DNA of 64,000 bases, from positions 14,352,633-14,416,632 of the forward strand of contig OZ037769.1 of assembly GCA_964035545.1 (NCBI GenBank). The letters run 5' to 3'. A model generated the notes under the pieces. It was not told where the DNA came from. It was given only the letters and a program-made list of their open reading frames with translations, and ran no database searches. Position numbers and translations under genes: made by a program. Shown piece after piece: positions 62,201 through 64,000 of the stretch (position 1 is its first letter; each line of letters starts with the position of its first letter). Source of the stretch: Bugula neritina. Its lineage: Eukaryota; Animalia; Bryozoa.

Positions 62201-63876
62201 GATCAAGTGACTTACATCTTCCAGCAATCTGTTCCCATCCCTTGTTATCTGATAGCCATAGCTGTTGGGGATCTCACTTCCAAGTAGGTCCCTTGCTAAA
62301 CATTAGCAATTCAGTTGGTATATAATGATTGACTGATATGCACACTAATAACTGTTAGTGGTACTCATACACTAATAACTGTTAGTGATACTCATACACT
62401 AACAACTGTTGGTGATACTAATACTCACACTAATGACTTGCTAGTGGTAATCATATTCATACTGTAGTTTCAGAAGATCCTAGTACTTAATTTTAGATAT
62501 GCTTTCACTCAGTTTTATTGGCTGATCAACCAGTTCTTGCCTCTCAGGTTTTGATTTTTTACAAAACCCATTGTTTTCTACGTTTATTTAGGTCAAATTT
62601 TTCAAGAAAAAATTTCTGGTTTGAACCCATAGTTTTACCTTCCTACTTTAGAGCAAATACTTGGTGCTATTTGCATTAGGCAGCGCGGTTACAAGTTTGG
62701 GCACCAAATAGTGCTAAAAATATTCAAGTGGCTGCTAAATTGTTATGCTGATAGTATTTGGATATTTTTGTTCCTATTTTTTTCAGTTGGGTGGTGGCAG
62801 TGTTGCTGGTATCTTCGGTACAACTAATAAATTATATATATTGCCAGGGTGAACAGCGCATTCTGCTAACCTTTTGTACCCTATGGAATAATGTTGGCAG
62901 TTGATCTATGTCTTCAGACAATTGTTTTAAATAAGAGAGAGAACTATGTGGTTAAATTCATTCATAGTAATACTAATGATACTTGCCTCCACCTGTTCCG
63001 TCTCACAGCAAGCCTTGTCACTCCCAACATGCTTGTTTTAAACACACTGCTTGTCTTGTAGGAAAGTTGGACCAAGAACCACAGTGTGGACTGAACCTGA
63101 AATGATTGATGACGCTGCGTGGGAATTTGAAAAGGTTTGTTTTCTATTTTTTTAGATCGAACTTTGTTCATTTTGTAGGACTTGCTGGTTTTTGAACAAT
63201 TTACTTTTATTTCAGACCGAAGAAATGCTGAAAACCGCTGAGGATCTGTGTGGGCAATACATTTGGGGTATTTATGATATACTTGTGTTACCCCCAACCT
63301 TCCCTTATGGTGGAATGGAAAACCCATGTCTAACTTTTGCTACACCCACACTAGTAGTAAGTGAAAATACCACAATAACTACATATGCTATTCTTCAATA
63401 GTTTATTAATTTTCCTCTTGATATAGATTGCTTTTTTGTCTTAGTAGAAAATAATATAATTTCTCTTGGATCTGTTTTAATATTTTCTTGATATGGATTA
63501 TTTTGAAAGAACCTATTGGCACTTTCAACTGACTACAGATCCATAATGCATTTATTTTGTGTGGAGTTGACAAAGCATGATATCTTCATCTCTCCTTTCT
63601 AAACAGTTTAATGTCTTTATTTGAAAGTTAGACTATAAGATGTCAGTTTTGTTCACTTGTAATTGCTAGGTGGGTGATCGTTCCCTCACCAACGTCATCG
63701 CTCATGAAATAGCTCATAGCTGGACTGGTAATTTGGTTACCAACTTCAACTGGGAGCATTTCTGGTTGAATGAGGGACACACAGTGTTTGTGGAGAGAAA
63801 GATTATTGGTAGACTGCACGGGGAAGATGACCGTCAGTTTGCTATGAACAGTGGCTGGACTGAACTCTCACATACT
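59235..63876 (+). CDS. LTA4H: Leukotriene A4 hydrolase / M1 aminopeptidase, first 7 coding exons (3' end outside the window)
   Basis: Exons 59235-59405, 59813-59958, 61634-61814, 62132-62283, 63062-63134, 63216-63356, 63670-63876 in frame; [42 protein letters not shown]-x18-E (WLNEG). Confidence 0.95.
60073..60453. mobile_element. ~380-bp MITE, PIF/Harbinger-like, in an LTA4H intron
   Basis: Left AAGCCTGGCCATACACTGGTGAAAATCA versus right reverse complement AGGCCTGGCCACACACTCGTAAGAATCA; flanks TAA and TCA (imperfect 3-bp TSD). Confidence 0.75.
62341..62455. repeat. 27-bp minisatellite x3-4 in an LTA4H intron
   Basis: ACACTAATAACTGTTAGTG(G/A)TACTCAT units. Confidence 0.85.
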
Positions 63877-63967
63877 GTAAGTTCATGCCGTTCGTATTTG
63901 CACTGCAGTCAGTAAGTGGAAGATCTTTGTGTTAATATTATCAAATCTTATATGTTAATACTCCAGG

Positions 63968-64000
63968 GAGCAGCTGTGGTCTAAGGGTTAAACTTTAGAG
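63968..64000 (+). mobile_element. tRNA-derived SINE-like head, cut by the window edge
   Basis: GAGCAGCTGTGGTCTAAGGGTTA matches GAGCAGCGGTGGTCTAGGGGTTA at 34730. Confidence 0.4.

Overview
AT-rich eukaryotic genomic DNA with GT-AG introns, probably a lophotrochozoan invertebrate (temptin-type gene, single meteorin-family gene); the species cannot be read from sequence. Host genes reconstructed by hand with phase-consistent splicing: first exon of a temptin-domain gene (-, runs off the left edge), two intronless secreted UMOD/GP2/OIT3-type D8C-domain paralogues (+), a 10-exon MINDY1/2 deubiquitinase (+), a 4-exon meteorin-family gene (+), a 23-exon Treslin/TICRR (-) and the first 7 coding exons of leukotriene A4 hydrolase (+, runs off the right edge), head-to-head with TICRR. 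The most striking accessory feature is a 4.85-kb TTAA-flanked TIR element (5776-10622, Kolobok-type). It holds two convergent spliced genes missed by the ORF track, a THAP-only protein with no DDE domain and a P2X7-ballast-like (KolX-type) Zn-cysteine protein with a 2-nt frameshift. Also present: a second 3.2-kb TIR element with a decayed spliced gene, two MITEs, an RTE fragment, tRNA-like SINE heads, a perfect 63-bp palindrome, and repeated tandem duplications sitting exactly on splice junctions. All family assignments come from motif recognition; no searches were run.
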